Positions 39,301-53,589 of a DNA stretch of 64,000 nt are shown here, in pieces. A program made the translations under genes and the position numbers. Position 1 is the first letter of the stretch, and the number at the start of each line of letters is the position of its first letter. The DNA comes from Somniosus microcephalus. Taxonomy: Eukaryota. The DNA lies in contig CM126210.1 of assembly GCA_052327205.1 (NCBI GenBank), positions 98,084,001-98,148,000 of the forward strand, written 5' to 3'. A model generated the notes under the pieces. It was not told the DNA's origin and searched no databases. It saw nothing but the letters and a program-made list of their open reading frames with translations.

Positions 39301-42300
39301 GAGGAGATATCCGCCAGCGCCGCTCGGAAGATGCCTCGTTTGCCGCACGAATTCATTACAGAAACAATCTAACCAATCTCAATCCGTAGTCGCTAATAAT
39401 GCGACTAACCCACGAGAGGCAAGTATTTAAATTACTTGGGAGAAGCAAATCATATCTAACCTGAAATTACCTTATATTTGATATAACTACCATCATAAGA
39501 CATTGCTTGTCATGTGAGTAAACAGTATCCAGGTCTTCGTGTGTTACAACCATGTAAATACACCGTTCAATGCAGCATCGCACTGAAGTGCAGATTTTTT
39601 TACCACAACACTTCCGAAGTATTTTTTTAAACTGAGCTCTAAAATGTACTTTCAAGAGACCTGCAAATAGTTAAGCACAGCAGGTGTACCGCGCCTGTTA
39701 CTGGACAGCGAATTGGCTCACATATTAATTACATCTGATATATACCAAAATAAAGATCCAAAACCCGCATAATTGCACAACTCTTGATCCACTAGCAAGC
39801 ACATTTATTTTACCATTATATAGGCATCGTTTTTATTAATGGCTATTCCTTAACTTCGGCAAGCGGTCAAACGGATAAAACCGCTACAATTCAGCACAAA
39901 ATATTCGAAAAGGCGCAAATAATCAGAACAAATGTAGCTCATTTTACTGAATTCCAAACACTCTGGGCCCGGGAATCAAGATAATTTGCTAGTACAAAAA
40001 GAAAATACTGCAGATGCTGGAAATCTGAAATAAAACCAGTTTGCTTGCTTGTATTAAGCCATCGTGAGAAAGAGCACAGACTCTGAGATCGGGGAGAGCT
40101 CCGGAAGAAGCAGGGCCTTTCAGTAAAGGATGGGAGGGTGATTTCTTTCAGCACTTGCTCCAATTTATATATATTTAAAAAAATCACACGGCATTTTGGT
40201 CGTTATAGTCATAAAGATAATTGATAAATATAAGCAAGCTAATCAACGTGATCCTACATGTATCTGATTCACCGATTTACTTTTATTCAGACCATATTGT
40301 GCAATAAACAGCCAGATCCTGCGTGCCTTTAATCTCTTGTGGTGTTCAAGCATATACTTCCAGATACACACACACAATAATAAGATGGGAAATGCACGGA
40401 CCGGCGCAGCATTTTACAAGCCACTCTGTGGTGCAATGCCCATAAGGTTAACGAATAGGTGTGGCTGGTATTCGGAGCTTTCAATGGGATTGAGCGTCAA
40501 TAGGTGCGAGATAATGAAAAGGCAGAGACGTTACAATATGGCTCGACTCCCTCGCAATGTGATAAGAAGCCTCGTGTCTTGGAACATTTCCCTGCCCAAA
40601 TCAAAATCTGTTGCTGAAGACCTCCATGAACAATTGCAGCGGGTGACAATTACTGTTCGGCCTGCAAGAGAATGAAACCAAGCAGCCGGAACCCACTCAG
40701 CTCTTCATTCCCCGCTAACGCTGGATCCAACAGTGCAATAATGCCTTTAAAGTTTCGTTGGCCTAAATTCGTTTGTGAGGGATGCCGTTTATTCCTCGCC
40801 GACTAGCCGACGTGGATTCTCGTTAATCTAAACAGATCGTTATCTTCATCTTAAAGCAGAATGTGGCGCGTTATCTCTCCTCGATCGCAACAAAATACCA
40901 CAGTTCTTTTTTAAAACAGCAAAGGTTGGTTGCTGAGTAATTGAGAACAGACCACTTGTGTACTGACATTCTATCGAAACAAACTTCATTCTGCCAAGAT
41001 AAATTTACCCTACAAAATAGGACCATAAACTTGAAAGGGTGCATCTGTCTAGAATCTCTCTCCCTTCACGTTTTTCCGCCCGCCCCGCTTCACTAATACA
41101 AGAGCTCTGTCGAGCCGCAGCCTCGTATATCAGCCCCGTGCAATTTCACCCTCGCCGTGTCAGCCTCATGAAAAAAACCGGATTTGTCGATTGAACGCGG
41201 GAATATTGGAAGGTTGGGCGCGCTGCGAGATCTCAATCAGTATTTGCTTTTAGATCTATGTCCTAAATGCTTCGAGGGCATCATTATTCATCGGATTATC
41301 ACACTATCACAATGAGTACACTGTTTGGAGAATCGAAGAGCTCAGAGCACTTTTCAGCTGGCAGTGTTGATTAATACACGGAGTAAGACAAACAAACAGT
41401 TTCAACATGTAAACTATGGATGGCTTGGCTTTTAAACAGGGGGGAATGGGGTTGGGAATGTTTTATTCCATTGTGCAGTCTGGGTACAGAACGAAGGAGA
41501 CTGCTTGGGCAGATTTCAGCAGTCAGCTGTTTTACAGCCACATTTCGGGGAGGGGGTGTTTTATACAGAAACGGTCGCGTCCCTTGTCACGGATTACACT
41601 GCACTGCTGATTAAAGTTCACCAAGGGCCGTCAAACTTACCATTCGGCTTGTTTTTCTTTTCTATCTTGTGTTTTTAAGAGAGTGAATATTTTGGGCCTT
41701 TCGGAAAATTCAACCGGTGGTCTTCAGAGTGAAAGGCCGCCGAGACGGTGTGATGGGAAGTAACTGGCATCCTATCCGTCCTAACACCGAGCCGAGGGGT
41801 TAGAATACCATTTGTCTTTTAAAATGTATAATAAAAACATGATTTGCGTTATTGACCAATTAGATTTTTACATTATCTTAAAATACAAGCACCGTATATT
41901 TAAAACGAAATAAAAGAACTAGAGATTATTTGTACGTTTCGGGAATTCAGCTAGATTCCCCTTCTCTTGTTTTTTTTAAATGGTTTATTTTATTGTTAAC
42001 GGTTCATCTGAAATCCCACGTTAGAACCTTTAGTTTGTGGAAATAAAGCAAAGGCAGTTTGGGAATGAATCGTGCTCCGCGCGTTTCACCCTGTTAATAA
42101 CAGTCCCATTACCCGCACTGCAGCCCCTTATTAAATGCATCCCATTAAAATTAATAGGACCAAACTACACTCTGCACCGGAAACAGCTGGGAGCAACACA
42201 ATAGCCGGACTCGACTTTCAGCTCCGCTAGTCTGCTGTTCGAGGTCGGATCGCCTCGGACTGCACCACAGCACCGAGCGTTTGCAGTTGGACGAGTTGGG

Positions 42301-43158
42301 TAAAACCAAATGTCACTCCCAAATAGCGATGGGGGAAAACAACCGATTCCATGAATAACTCGATCGGGTGCCCCGCATGGTTTAGCCACTGCCACAACTG
42401 GTGGGATCGAGTGGGTTCAGGTGTGCTGGAGGTGGGTCACATGTGTTTATACAGTCTGTGGATCACTGCACGTGTTCTTTCGGGAAATGTCAAAGTCTGG
42501 GGCGATACTGATCAAAATGCGCGAAGAGAATTTCCAACTAAAAATAGCAACTAGACCTCAGCAAAGAGAAAACGCGGTTAGTTTCATTCTATGTTGTGTG
42601 TAAACATTGCGTTAGCGCACCCAGTGAAACCTGGGGTGTAAATAAGCGTGCTCCGTGTGTAGCAAGCGCAGAGATTGAGAGAGCGCTGATGGAATAGTCC
42701 GGCTCCACTGTGTACACTGCCGTTTGGGAGGAGTCACAGTTTCAGCGCAGGGTACAAATGTTTGATTATACTTAGTTCAAGTTGAACCAGTTTCAGCAGA
42801 AGCATCCCCACAGCCCCGTGTACAGTAAAGCTCCTACACCAATACAGGCATTCGGTCTTTCAATTGATTTGTTTAACTTACTTTACACAAACACATCACA
42901 TAGGTGTAAACATTCACTAAAGTGGATCTAGATTCCCAGAATTGCTCGTGCAATTAGGACGATTCGCTTTTTTAAATTAAAAAATGACTGCAATTATATT
43001 TTGTCTAATTGACAGCGTCTGATTTGGAACATGAAAGTGCCTCTGAAACATGTCAGTTTCAGCTTAATAAAATGAAACTCCTCGCGCCCGACATGCCACT
43101 TCCCCCTCCCTTCCTCCCCCTTATCACAAATCAATGAAAAGAAAGGCGATGTGATTAC

Positions 43159-43620
43159 CTGAACCGGGGAACTCCTCGGCCGCTGCGAGTGTCGCCGCTT
43201 TCTCGCTTGAACTAATGGCAGATGTGGAGGTGGCGGCGGCGGTTGTGGCACAAGCGCATACCCAAGTTGGCATGCTCTGAACTCGGAGATGGCGCTGCGG
43301 CGGCGAAGGGTTGGGTATGGGGGGGGGGATGTTGGGTGATGGTGCCAGGCAAGAGCGATCGGGACCGTGTCAGCTGGTCCTTGAACGACAGAGGTGCCGC
43401 TTGCCTTGTGTTCGGATGGAGGTGCCGATCACAGACTGACTCCTCCAGACCCCTCGAACCACCTCCTATTTCAACCGAGTCCTAAGAGAAATCCCCGAAC
43501 GGCGCAGGCGCACTGCGCAGCCAGCCGGCCCCACCAACTTCTTTGACAGCAAAAGTCAATAAACTTTCAACAAAGTTCACAGCGTCGCCGGGGAGACAAG
43601 GGCTGTGGATCTTTACGCCG
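43159..43620 (-). promoter_or_regulatory. CpG island: candidate OSR1 promoter and non-coding first exon
   Basis: Highest GC/CpG density of the gene block; NRF1-like GCGCAGGCGCA at 43502-43512; minus-strand donor TTCAG|GTAATC after 43159. Assignment to OSR1 is inference. Confidence 0.5.
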
Positions 43621-46600
43621 CTTCATGCTTAAGAGACGAAAATAAAACTGTAAAAATATCAATGTTTCCTAACTCTTAGGACAACGATGCATTAATATTG
43701 TTTTTATTAACTTAATTCAAAGCAAATGTGCAGCGTCTTTCTAGAGAAACCCCCCGCGCGCAGGCCACCAATCGAAATGAAATAGACAGTAGATTCTGAC
43801 CTTGATGGTTGAACAGATGATAGCTGGGCTATTTTAAGAATCCGCAGAAACCATCAGTTTATTTTTCGCACCAAACTATAAGTGAGATGAGGAGAGTCAG
43901 CACAGCAGATTGGGATATCTGTAAAAAGCGATTCAACAGCAATGAATGAACTTAAAAGAAAGGGATTTTTTGCTGTGGTTAGTTAGATACAGGGTGTTAT
44001 GGTGAGAAGAAATCACCGAGGTTCATGAAAGCTGTAGACACCATTAGTTCTGTAACACACGGTGTCTAAGCAATTAATCCATACGTAGAAAGGCTAAATC
44101 TTAGTGCTCGGTAAAATTAATCCTAAAATGTTCAGTTCCAGTCCAATTAAAACTCCATAAATGAGGCAGAAATATTGCTTGACCAAGCTCTTTTCCGAGA
44201 GATGCGTCTTTAGTTTCTCCCCAAAGGCAAAGAACAAATTCAACTTCTTCCTTCCACACAAAGTGTAATCAAAAAAGCTGGGCGAAGTTAGAAGAAAATA
44301 TAAAAACATTTCAGTTAATGAAACCTAAACCATACAACATGTCCTTTGGGTGGTAGGAGTATTCTTATAGGCACTATGGGTTATTTAACAATGATTGATG
44401 TGTCAGTTTATCAGAAAACTTTACACTGAACTCTTTAATGCGTTCAGAATCTTTTACATGTTCGGGTCAATACCATACTTCGAGGATGACAGTCCTGGTT
44501 TCAGTTTGACATTTTGAAACGTCTCCCCTGCCAAGCCTCTTGAAGTGAAGTGTGGCTCTCCCCGTCTCCGCTCCACTGTTCAGGCACAGTCAGCGCTTTT
44601 CAGTTTTCATTTATTATTTCCCTGCTTCATATCTTTTCCCCATTGCCCAATTTTCATTCCGTTTTCTTTTCCTCATTTTGTGCCTCTGTCATTGTTCCCT
44701 TCCAAATAACTTAAACCGACACCACCCCCCTAAAATTAAATAAAGAAACTGCAGCGAGAAGGCTTGGAGATAAAGAGTGCGGCTTTTGACAGCTCCTCTC
44801 TTTCATCCAAAAGAAAACCACGATTGAAGCAAACGTGCCGGACTCATCCAGAGAGCAGGGTGCGCCTGGTTTGATTCAAGGCACCAGGGAATCAGGATCG
44901 CCACTGTTCACCTCTCCAAACCCCTCACAACCTAAGTTACCAGCCAGCCCTTGGCATGGGCTTACAGCTGACACTCAAACAGATCCTTTCTCAATACATT
45001 TTATGCTTACACCATGCATCGAGCCACGAGTTTTGTGCACGAAATATAACATTTGCAAAAGGAAATATGACAGCGTGTATAAATGTATATAGCTTGTTTT
45101 CCAAACCTCCCCGGGGACGGAGCTAAAGAATGACGCTTATTTAAAACATCGTTATGCAGAGGAAATGATGAAAAATATATGTGGCCAGTGAAATGTAACA
45201 AGTATTAATGGTATGTTAGTGTGAAGGGGACACGCTTGTTTTTACGATGTGCACCGTTTTGGTTGAGCGGTGCTTGTGCTGTGTGGGTTTTCACTCTGCT
45301 TTCACGTGAGGTCCCATCACGTGCAGAACAGCATTCTCACTCTAATGGCTGATGTTCTCTTCGTTCAGACTCTTGTGGGCACTTTATTCTGACATTTATT
45401 AAACATCGGTACTTTAAAAAAAAAGATACAATGTTCGTTATATAAACATTTTTTTTCCACAATCAGGACCCATTCGGTTTTCCTGTAACATAATAACCTG
45501 TTGTTTTAGTTGTAATGCAAAACAAACCATTCTCTAATGTAGTGTAATTAACGCAAATATACAGACGTCACCTCGAGTTGGAAACTCGTAGCAAACAGCG
45601 CCCAAGATGTTACAGCCCTTTAAACTATTATTCAATTTGTCATTCAAATTACAATTAAGATAAATTAAACAGCTGCAGTTACATTTTGGGCTTTATTTGT
45701 TTTAATACTATTACTCAGAGAATGTTGTCATACCAAAGGCGCGGAATGTTTTAATTAATTTGTTTTGTGGTCTGAATCGAATCTAGAATTGTAAGCGAAA
45801 CGAGAATTAATGAGACAATCCGACTTTTAAAGGAACAGCACGGCACCTAACACCTCACTTATTAATATATATATTTCAGCGCCCTGTGACATTACAAACA
45901 CACAAATATGCAGTCTATTCGGGATCATCCGTTTCTGTTCAATCCTCATTCTACAGCCTCTCTTTAAGGGTTTTATCGTCGTGTCAGAATTCACGAAAAC
46001 GAATTCACTCAAATCAGGAAGTAGTATCATTTTAAGCCCAGCCAACCACTTCTAAAAAACCCGACAAATGTTGTAAGAAATAAACTGTGTGACGAAGGTA
46101 GTAAGATTGTTTACGGGACTAAATATCATTTTACCATTCCCAGATATCACTGGGTCATTGGATTTTACACTATTTTGATGCACAGTATTCAACATTGTTT
46201 AGATTAAAGTGACATCTTATCAGTAATTGCAGTCAAATACGATATCGCTGAATATTCAGAAACATAACTAATTGCATATTTTGCAATATTAAAACCTTTT
46301 GAAACGACCCGAAAGATGTGTTTGCTTGGTCGCTTATATAAAAATATAAAACTGCACAAGTCATCCAACAAGACCAGACCAACTCCAACACGAACAAAAC
46401 ACGCCACCATCTGGCCATGTAAAATAGCAGCGATTCAACATTGCACCTCATTTTTGCATTTCATGATAAAATGTCATCAGTTGAAAGTTTCACTATAGAG
46501 AACCATTCGCACTTGATAAAATTCTTAAAAGTCTGGGCGGAAATTTGAATACCTTATATCACTCTTTGACCTGTCTAAATGGAGCATCTTTGTAAAAATG

Positions 46601-47498
46601 CCAATGAATATCTTGATGATGATAACGCACTGGAATGTACAGCGCGCCAAACTGTTCAGGTGAGTATTGACGTACATTTGTATCAATTAATCTCACTGCA
46701 ATATTTATTTATCAAGGTGAAATGTTGTGATGGCTAAATCTTGAGTGATTTTTACATTCTAGCACGTGTGTTACTGTATGTAAAATATACAGTAAATTCC
46801 ATATTCATTTCAATTTTAAAGAATGGTTTTGAATTCACAATGTACTTTGTGTGGAATAGCATTAATGGACAGCGAGGCCACGGAGATCTAGTCAGTGCAT
46901 CAGAGTTGGTACACTTGCTTTTATTCCATATATCTGCGGTTGTGAAATGAAAGTTAATCACTAAACAATTCAATTGCAAAAAAATCTGATAGCGTTCAGC
47001 GAACAATAGTTTAATAGTAAACTCAGCTCCAGGGCAGATTATCCCAGGAATTCTGCGGCTCTCCCACGTTTCTGGATTTCCACGAAGATTTTCTGACGCG
47101 CGAGGATGCATTAGCCGCAGCAACTACTTGGCCAATCACAACACAGTTAAACGTTCCTCGGTTATGATTGGCTAATAATTCAGTCTCCCAGAAGTTTCCC
47201 AGGACACTGTATTTAAACTATATTTAGTGTAGCAGTATCAAAGCAATAATTTTACAGATTTGAGTAACATTCTGAAATCGTCATATTGATGCGCCAATGT
47301 ATTAAATTATTGCGTTTGATAGAGCTGAAAGTTGGCGATAATGGCCAGCTTTAATCTGGTGAGCTGCATCGAGTCACCCGTTTGGCACCTTGCAGCTGGC
47401 TGGGCCTCAAAATCGCAGCCGCCTCTTCGCCACTGAGACGGGAGGCCGACCGGCGCATTCCGCCGGGCAGAAACCCGAAACCCCAAAATCAACCCAAA

Positions 47499-47641
47499 TA
47501 GAGCTTTCAAATTCGGTGGGGTGTAAAACTGGCAGTATCGGATCGGCCGGCCGTTATACGGAAAATCTGACAGAGTATATAAAGGGCGGTGGATCTAATA
47601 CCGCCAGTTTTACGCCTTTGTCAGAGTTGAAGCTTTCTCCC
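47499..47641. mobile_element. Palindromic MITE-like element
   Basis: Arms GGTGTAAAACTGGCAGTATCGGATC (47520-47544) and GATCTAATACCGCCAGTTTTACGCC (47592-47616) are inverted copies. Confidence 0.65.
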
Positions 47642-50239
47642 TACATCGTTCTCCTTCATTATTTAAAGGGAGGAATATCAGGTGGGATCCCGATCAGGCG
47701 TACGCTCTGGCCAATTTTCCGATATTTACTGTGCCCAGGTGAACCAGTGCGATTGGTTGCAGACCTTATAATTTCCTGTGTGTAAAGTTAAAGAAAACAA
47801 AACTACTAAACTAGAAGGTTGCTAATTAACTTTACACACAGAGCAACACGTACCCCGAGATGTTGTATTCCTCTGTAGTTATCTGTTCACTGTCATTCAG
47901 TCAACTTGTGCCACAATCATTAATCCCTGAGTGTAGATATCTTTGGGCGTACATTTAGGGACAGATTTACTCATTTTGCTTTAAACCAAATCACTCTTTC
48001 TGGGCTAGCGCACCCTTCAAAATAAACATAGTTCAATAGGTTTAAATTAATTAAAAATCTGTCTCACAATTTTTAATCATAAATTTCACACTTAACATTT
48101 CCCCAATGTTGCCAGCTCTGTATTGAACACACTAGCCATCAGCATCCACTATGCAGGTGTTGATGACAAAAGAAAACCAGGGCCAATATCTTCATGAACT
48201 TTACAGTGAATATTAGAAAAATAACAGATACACTGGAATGTTGCCAAGGCTGTGATCCAATCCCATGGTCTAAAATGACAAATACAGATGTCATTTGAAC
48301 TTCTTGGTGAGAGTACTGACTTGTAATGACTCCTCCATATCCATCATGCATATTACACTGAGCATCCTGGTATTTAATGGCATCCACAAATAGAACAAAT
48401 GGTCTCCATGAGCTTCTGAGATTGTGCATCAAAAAATAGCATGGTACAAAGAAGTGACGATCAGGCAATAGCTTCATCTCAGAGCCCATCTAATGTATAA
48501 CTATATTCCAAAAGTATAGACAAATTTTAATGTGATAAGATGCTATGTAAATATATTATTATAAACCATTCAAGTTTTACTTCTTGTGGTTTATGACATA
48601 ATCCCAATCTCATAATGAGATTGTTTTGTAGTCACTCCTAGGTGTCTTTTTTCTCTATATCTGGTCAAGGGTGTTTTTGCACACTTAAGATTTACATTTA
48701 AAAAGCACAACAGAGAACAAAGGCTGTGAGAAAGAAACTGAAAAGGGCATAAGTTCAGCATATCCTAGCTTATTAGCAACAGTCATAAGGAGGAGAATGT
48801 ACATACTCCAAAATGAAAGTGTGGTCATTATTACAGTGCGGTAGCTAATGGCCATTGTGTAGCAATATCTCCAGTAAAATACTTCAGAAATGTTAAGACC
48901 CAGCCCATCACCTTTCAAAGGCATACACGAGGAAAAGAACTCAACAGACATGTTACTGAGATTTATCTGTAATGATGTGCCATCAAGGGTAAAGCAAAAT
49001 TCTACCAATATTTCAATTATAAAACCATTTTTTCAGTATACAATTTTACACCTATGTTGGTAAAATTTTTTTTGAATAATTAACATGTGATTTTAACATT
49101 GACAACATCATTGAGCTAAATCAAAAAGGGCGTTTTATTTTCCCTACAAAGTAGGCCCGCCAACAGTTGAGCAGAGTGGGAAATCAAAACCTAAATAAAA
49201 ACATTTGCCATTGTTTTTCTGCATACTTAAAAAAATTACTTCAAGTCTGCTATAATGGGATGTGAAACATCAGTGAGCAATAATCAATATGATAATATAA
49301 GTAAAAAGACCTAAAACACTAACCTGAAAATATAATATTGGTTGCATGATGAACATCAAAGCACTCTAGAGAAGACGATTGCAAATATTGTCAGGCGCAG
49401 ATTAAAGAGCCAGATCCTTGCCTCCAAATGGAACTGTTGAACTGCCCTCTACTGTTCAGCATCATTGTTCTTTCACGACTTGCTTTCCTCTTCAAGCCTC
49501 AAGCTACACAAGCTGTGTGATAAATTTAGAACTCATCTGCAACAAGTATTAAAACTACAATTCCCATCGCAACATAGTGCATTGCAAACGTATCTGCATG
49601 TCAGTATAAGTGGCATCACATTTTAGGAACAGTAGTTTCACCTTACATTGTGGATGATTAGAAGGAAATATTTTCCTTGTTGCTGGAGGAGTGCTAGCCC
49701 TTGATCTACTTTTGTTTGCTTTGTTGGTTTATGTACTATTGCCCAGATCCACTTTCAGCCACTCCTCCAGCAAAGAGTTGAACAGTGTGTTTCCTAAGTT
49801 TCATACCTCCTCTCTTAAAGATAGAACTTACTCTCCTCCAGTACTATAGCAGCATCAGGTGTAAATCTGCTACAGCAGTTTCTGGATCCTCTAAAAAGAA
49901 AATCTCCAACCTCATGTACACCAAAGGAATGGCATTTATCTCCACTGCTGTCACCAAAGTTTAGCTCTGTACATGGCTGCTGTTCTGGACAGATTTAGGT
50001 ACTGAGATGTGAATTATTCTGTTTATTGACCCATCTGCAGGGGCAAACAATTTGAGTAGTAACCTTGCAGTTTGGTGTCCAATTCTGGTAGTTCTAAAGT
50101 ACTGAATACAAGTACTGCATCTCACTGTAACAGCAACAACCACATATGGAGGCTTGTAGCTACATTTTACACTATGTAATTTATTATCTTTCCAGGGTAT
50201 TATATTTATGTTATATTTACTTTTTGCATCAATTTTTTT

Positions 50240-50865
50240 TTACCTCTGAAGTTGTTGATTCTCTTGCTGTAGTATGGTTCCATGGGTACTGGCATCTTCA
50301 TCTGTGAGCCTAGTTAGTGAGTATCAGCAGGTCATTACCATGGAGAGCATTAGAGTTGAGTCTGATCCTGCTCTCATCTGATGCCCACCATGTACACCTC
50401 CTGGTAGGGGCCATTGGGTAGCAATTCTTCCCCTCCCTGCACCAGTACTGCTGCCCTCCCTGGACCAGTACTGCTGCCCTCCCTGGACCAGTACTGCTGC
50501 CCTCCCTGGACCAGTACTGCTGTCCTCCCTGGACCAGTACTGCTGCCCTCCCTGGACCAGTACTGCTGCCCTCCCTGGACCACTACTGCTGCCCTCCCTG
50601 CACCACTACTGCTGCCCTCCCTGGACCGCTACTGCTGCCCTCCCTGCACCACTACTGCTGCCCTCCCTGCACCACTACTGCTGCCCTCCCTGCACCACTA
50701 CTGCTACCCTCCCTGCACCACTACTGCTGCCCTCCCTGCACCACTACTGCTGCCCTCCCTGGACCAGTACTGTAAGTGGAGCAGAGATTGGGAATCCAAC
50801 ATGGGACCTTCTGGTCTGTATGGCTTGGTGCTACACTGGGTAGTCCTTTTACTCACTGCACCATT
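50240..50865 (-). mobile_element. Degraded LF-SINE-like copy interrupted by a minisatellite
   Basis: tctgatcctgctctcatctg and gggaatccaacatgggaccttctggtctgtatggct resemble the reverse complement of 25618-25985. Confidence 0.5.
50431..50772 (+). repeat. 23-bp minisatellite, ~15 copies, CCCTCCCTG(G/C)ACCA(G/C)TACTGCTG
   Basis: Directly visible near-perfect tandem array. Confidence 0.95.
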
Positions 50866-53589
50866 GGAGAATTTGAACATCTGCCCACTGAACATCATTG
50901 TCTTTACATCTCTGAAGCACAATAGAATTTTAATTTGGTCACTGTTTGAAAATAGGGATTTTTGACTGGCCCTATCACCATTGTTAGTTTCCCAACTACA
51001 GCACATGAGGGCATTTTTATTGCTTAATTATTCATTTCCTTAGGGTGCATTAAGGAACTGACTTTTTAATCTACTTTCACATTTTTCCCCTTTTCACAAT
51101 AACTTGTGTGTTTTCAGAGCCAAGCCATTTAAGTGAGTTAAGTTCAAGCAATTGAGTTGGCAGAATTAGAGCATATGGCAATACTATCAGTACGGAACAA
51201 CATTTATCAGGAGACCTGAAAAATGTATTTTATCATTCTGTGTCACAATTGAGCCAGTTTTTCAGCCAATAGTAAGCACCTGTTTCAAAATGTATTGTCA
51301 CTTTCTAATAATCATATTGGTCTATAGTAATTACATGAGTACAGTATCTTGACTGTCAGTTACTAGCATTCTCATTAGCCAATATAATCATGTGGCCATC
51401 CTGATTGTTCTGTGACAGAATTCTAAACCAATGCCAGTAAAGGCAGGTTATGCAGAACAGGAGTAGTACAGGTTTCAGTTTATATAGTAATGACAACAAC
51501 CTGCGCAGATATTTGTAAATCCAAAACTCAGTCGTCCATTCGATTTAAATTCATAATGAAGGTATGGATTCTCTTGCTGTGATATGGTTCCATGGGTACT
51601 GGCATCTTCATCTGTGAGCCTAGTTAGTGAGCATCAGCAGGTCATTACCATGGAGCACATTACAATTAATGTTGAATATTGTAAGTCCTCCTTGCCTTAT
51701 CATTTGGAGCCAGCCAGCATGCTGTACTGTTTCATTACTAATCTTACTATGACATCCCTAGCCCTCCATTTGTGATGTAGTGGTAGAGCCTGCTGTGGTG
51801 ATTGTTAGTTCTTGTTTAAAGCAGCAGATGCAGGAGCAGTAGGAGAGCAAGAATTGTCACAGTGACAGGCCCAGGAAGACAGAAAAGGAGTGGGGCATAG
51901 CTCACTGAGGTAACGCAACCCAGTGTCAGCCTTGGCTTGATAAGCAATGTCATGGAGGATACACTAACATTGATTAAAGGTTTGAACCACCGATTTCTAC
52001 ATCTGGTAATCCTATATAATTCCCATCTTCCTCCCCACATCCAATCCATTACCAAGCCTGCTATTTCCCCTCCTTAGCTCAGATACACTGAGGCCAATTG
52101 TAACACCACAATGATGTTGACTAACTCGGCACATACTGGAGATTGAACATGGTACCTTTCTGGTCTATACAGCTCTGCACCACCTACCACTGCATTTACC
52201 TACTAAGCCATCGGAAAACCCCTACAATCAGTTATTGAGCTCTATGTCACCCCTAATTATTTGTTATAGTAAACCATTGAAATTAATTTTAGCCTTATTT
52301 TTCCATGGCTTTCTTTAAAGGTCTAGACCATTATTCATTTGTAGCCTTAAATTTCATAAAGAAATAAACTGTTTTATATGGTTACAATATATATTTAATA
52401 TCACATAATATGATGCAGCCCTTGAATGGTAAACCATCCATCTGACGATTTCTACTCTAATGAACAAAGGAAGATAACTTCATTTTGGTGATGCCTCTTC
52501 ATGGTGTGCTAGTTACAGTGGTTTTAAAAAGTGATTTTGACCAGATTATGGTGTATGCATGTGTGTGAATTTGTGTATCATATAATCAGGAAGTCAACCA
52601 TACCATAAATTCCAACAAGTTAGGAGTTGGACATTTGTATCCATCACCAAGATGCCTAATACCATCTACCCCAGTCCCCCATTCTAGAATATCAGCAATC
52701 AAATAATTGCACGCACATCACTAGACTACCAGCAGCAGAGTACTTTCTGGTCGGACTCCTTTCACTCATTGCATCTGAATTCCTGTGTGTGTTTCCTCCC
52801 ATTTTACTGACCCACACCTGAATCAATTAATTCCTTCTAATCTCACCCACCCAGAGTTCAGTCCTTCACATTCTCTCTCCTCTCATTTCCATACAGCTGA
52901 ATTTCCACCAGTCTCTCTCTTTTTAGTGTCCCACAGCTGAATTCTTGCTAGTCGCTACTTTCACACACCAACATTAGAATCCCTCTCTCTTTTCACTGTC
53001 TCACAGCTGAAACTCTCTGCATCTCTCTATCCTCTTAACAGCTGAGTCCTTCTCAGTCTCTGTCTTTCATCCACTGCAGCTGAATTCCTCCTATCTTTAT
53101 TTTCTAACATTTACAAATGAACCATTGCTTTCTCGCTGTCTCTTTCAGGAATTATTTTTTAAAATCAGTTTGAAAAGAATGGAATCTTTGAAAAGATAGC
53201 CGCCATCACATCATACTGGAGAATGTTTTACAATCAGTCACTCTACTTATTCTTCATATTTAATTTTCCCCTTTTTAAGGTCCGTCACTTTCGTACCACT
53301 CAAAGCTGAAAGAATGTGCAGATGATCTGCCATCAGCACTCTGTCTTGACAACAAGGCCAATAATAGTATCTCACTCTATGAGGAATGCCCCCTTATATG
53401 AATGTTTCAATGTGCTACAACAACCTACATTAACCCAATTTCTGACTCAGGTTTATGGTACCCCCAACTTTCCTTACACAACAAAATCCTGTCAAAGTGT
53501 CATGAGCAACCTTGTAATGAGAATCTTGCTGTCTGTGGCAGGAAAAGTTCTGCTATATTCAAGGCTGCTATCTAGAAGAAGCACCAGAC

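Noticed and set aside
50431-50772. CRISPR-like array
   Set aside because: Units are contiguous with no unique spacers, and the context is a vertebrate genome.
50414-50965. 183-aa Pro/Cys/Thr-rich ORF
   Set aside because: Translation of the 23-bp minisatellite; no independent coding evidence.
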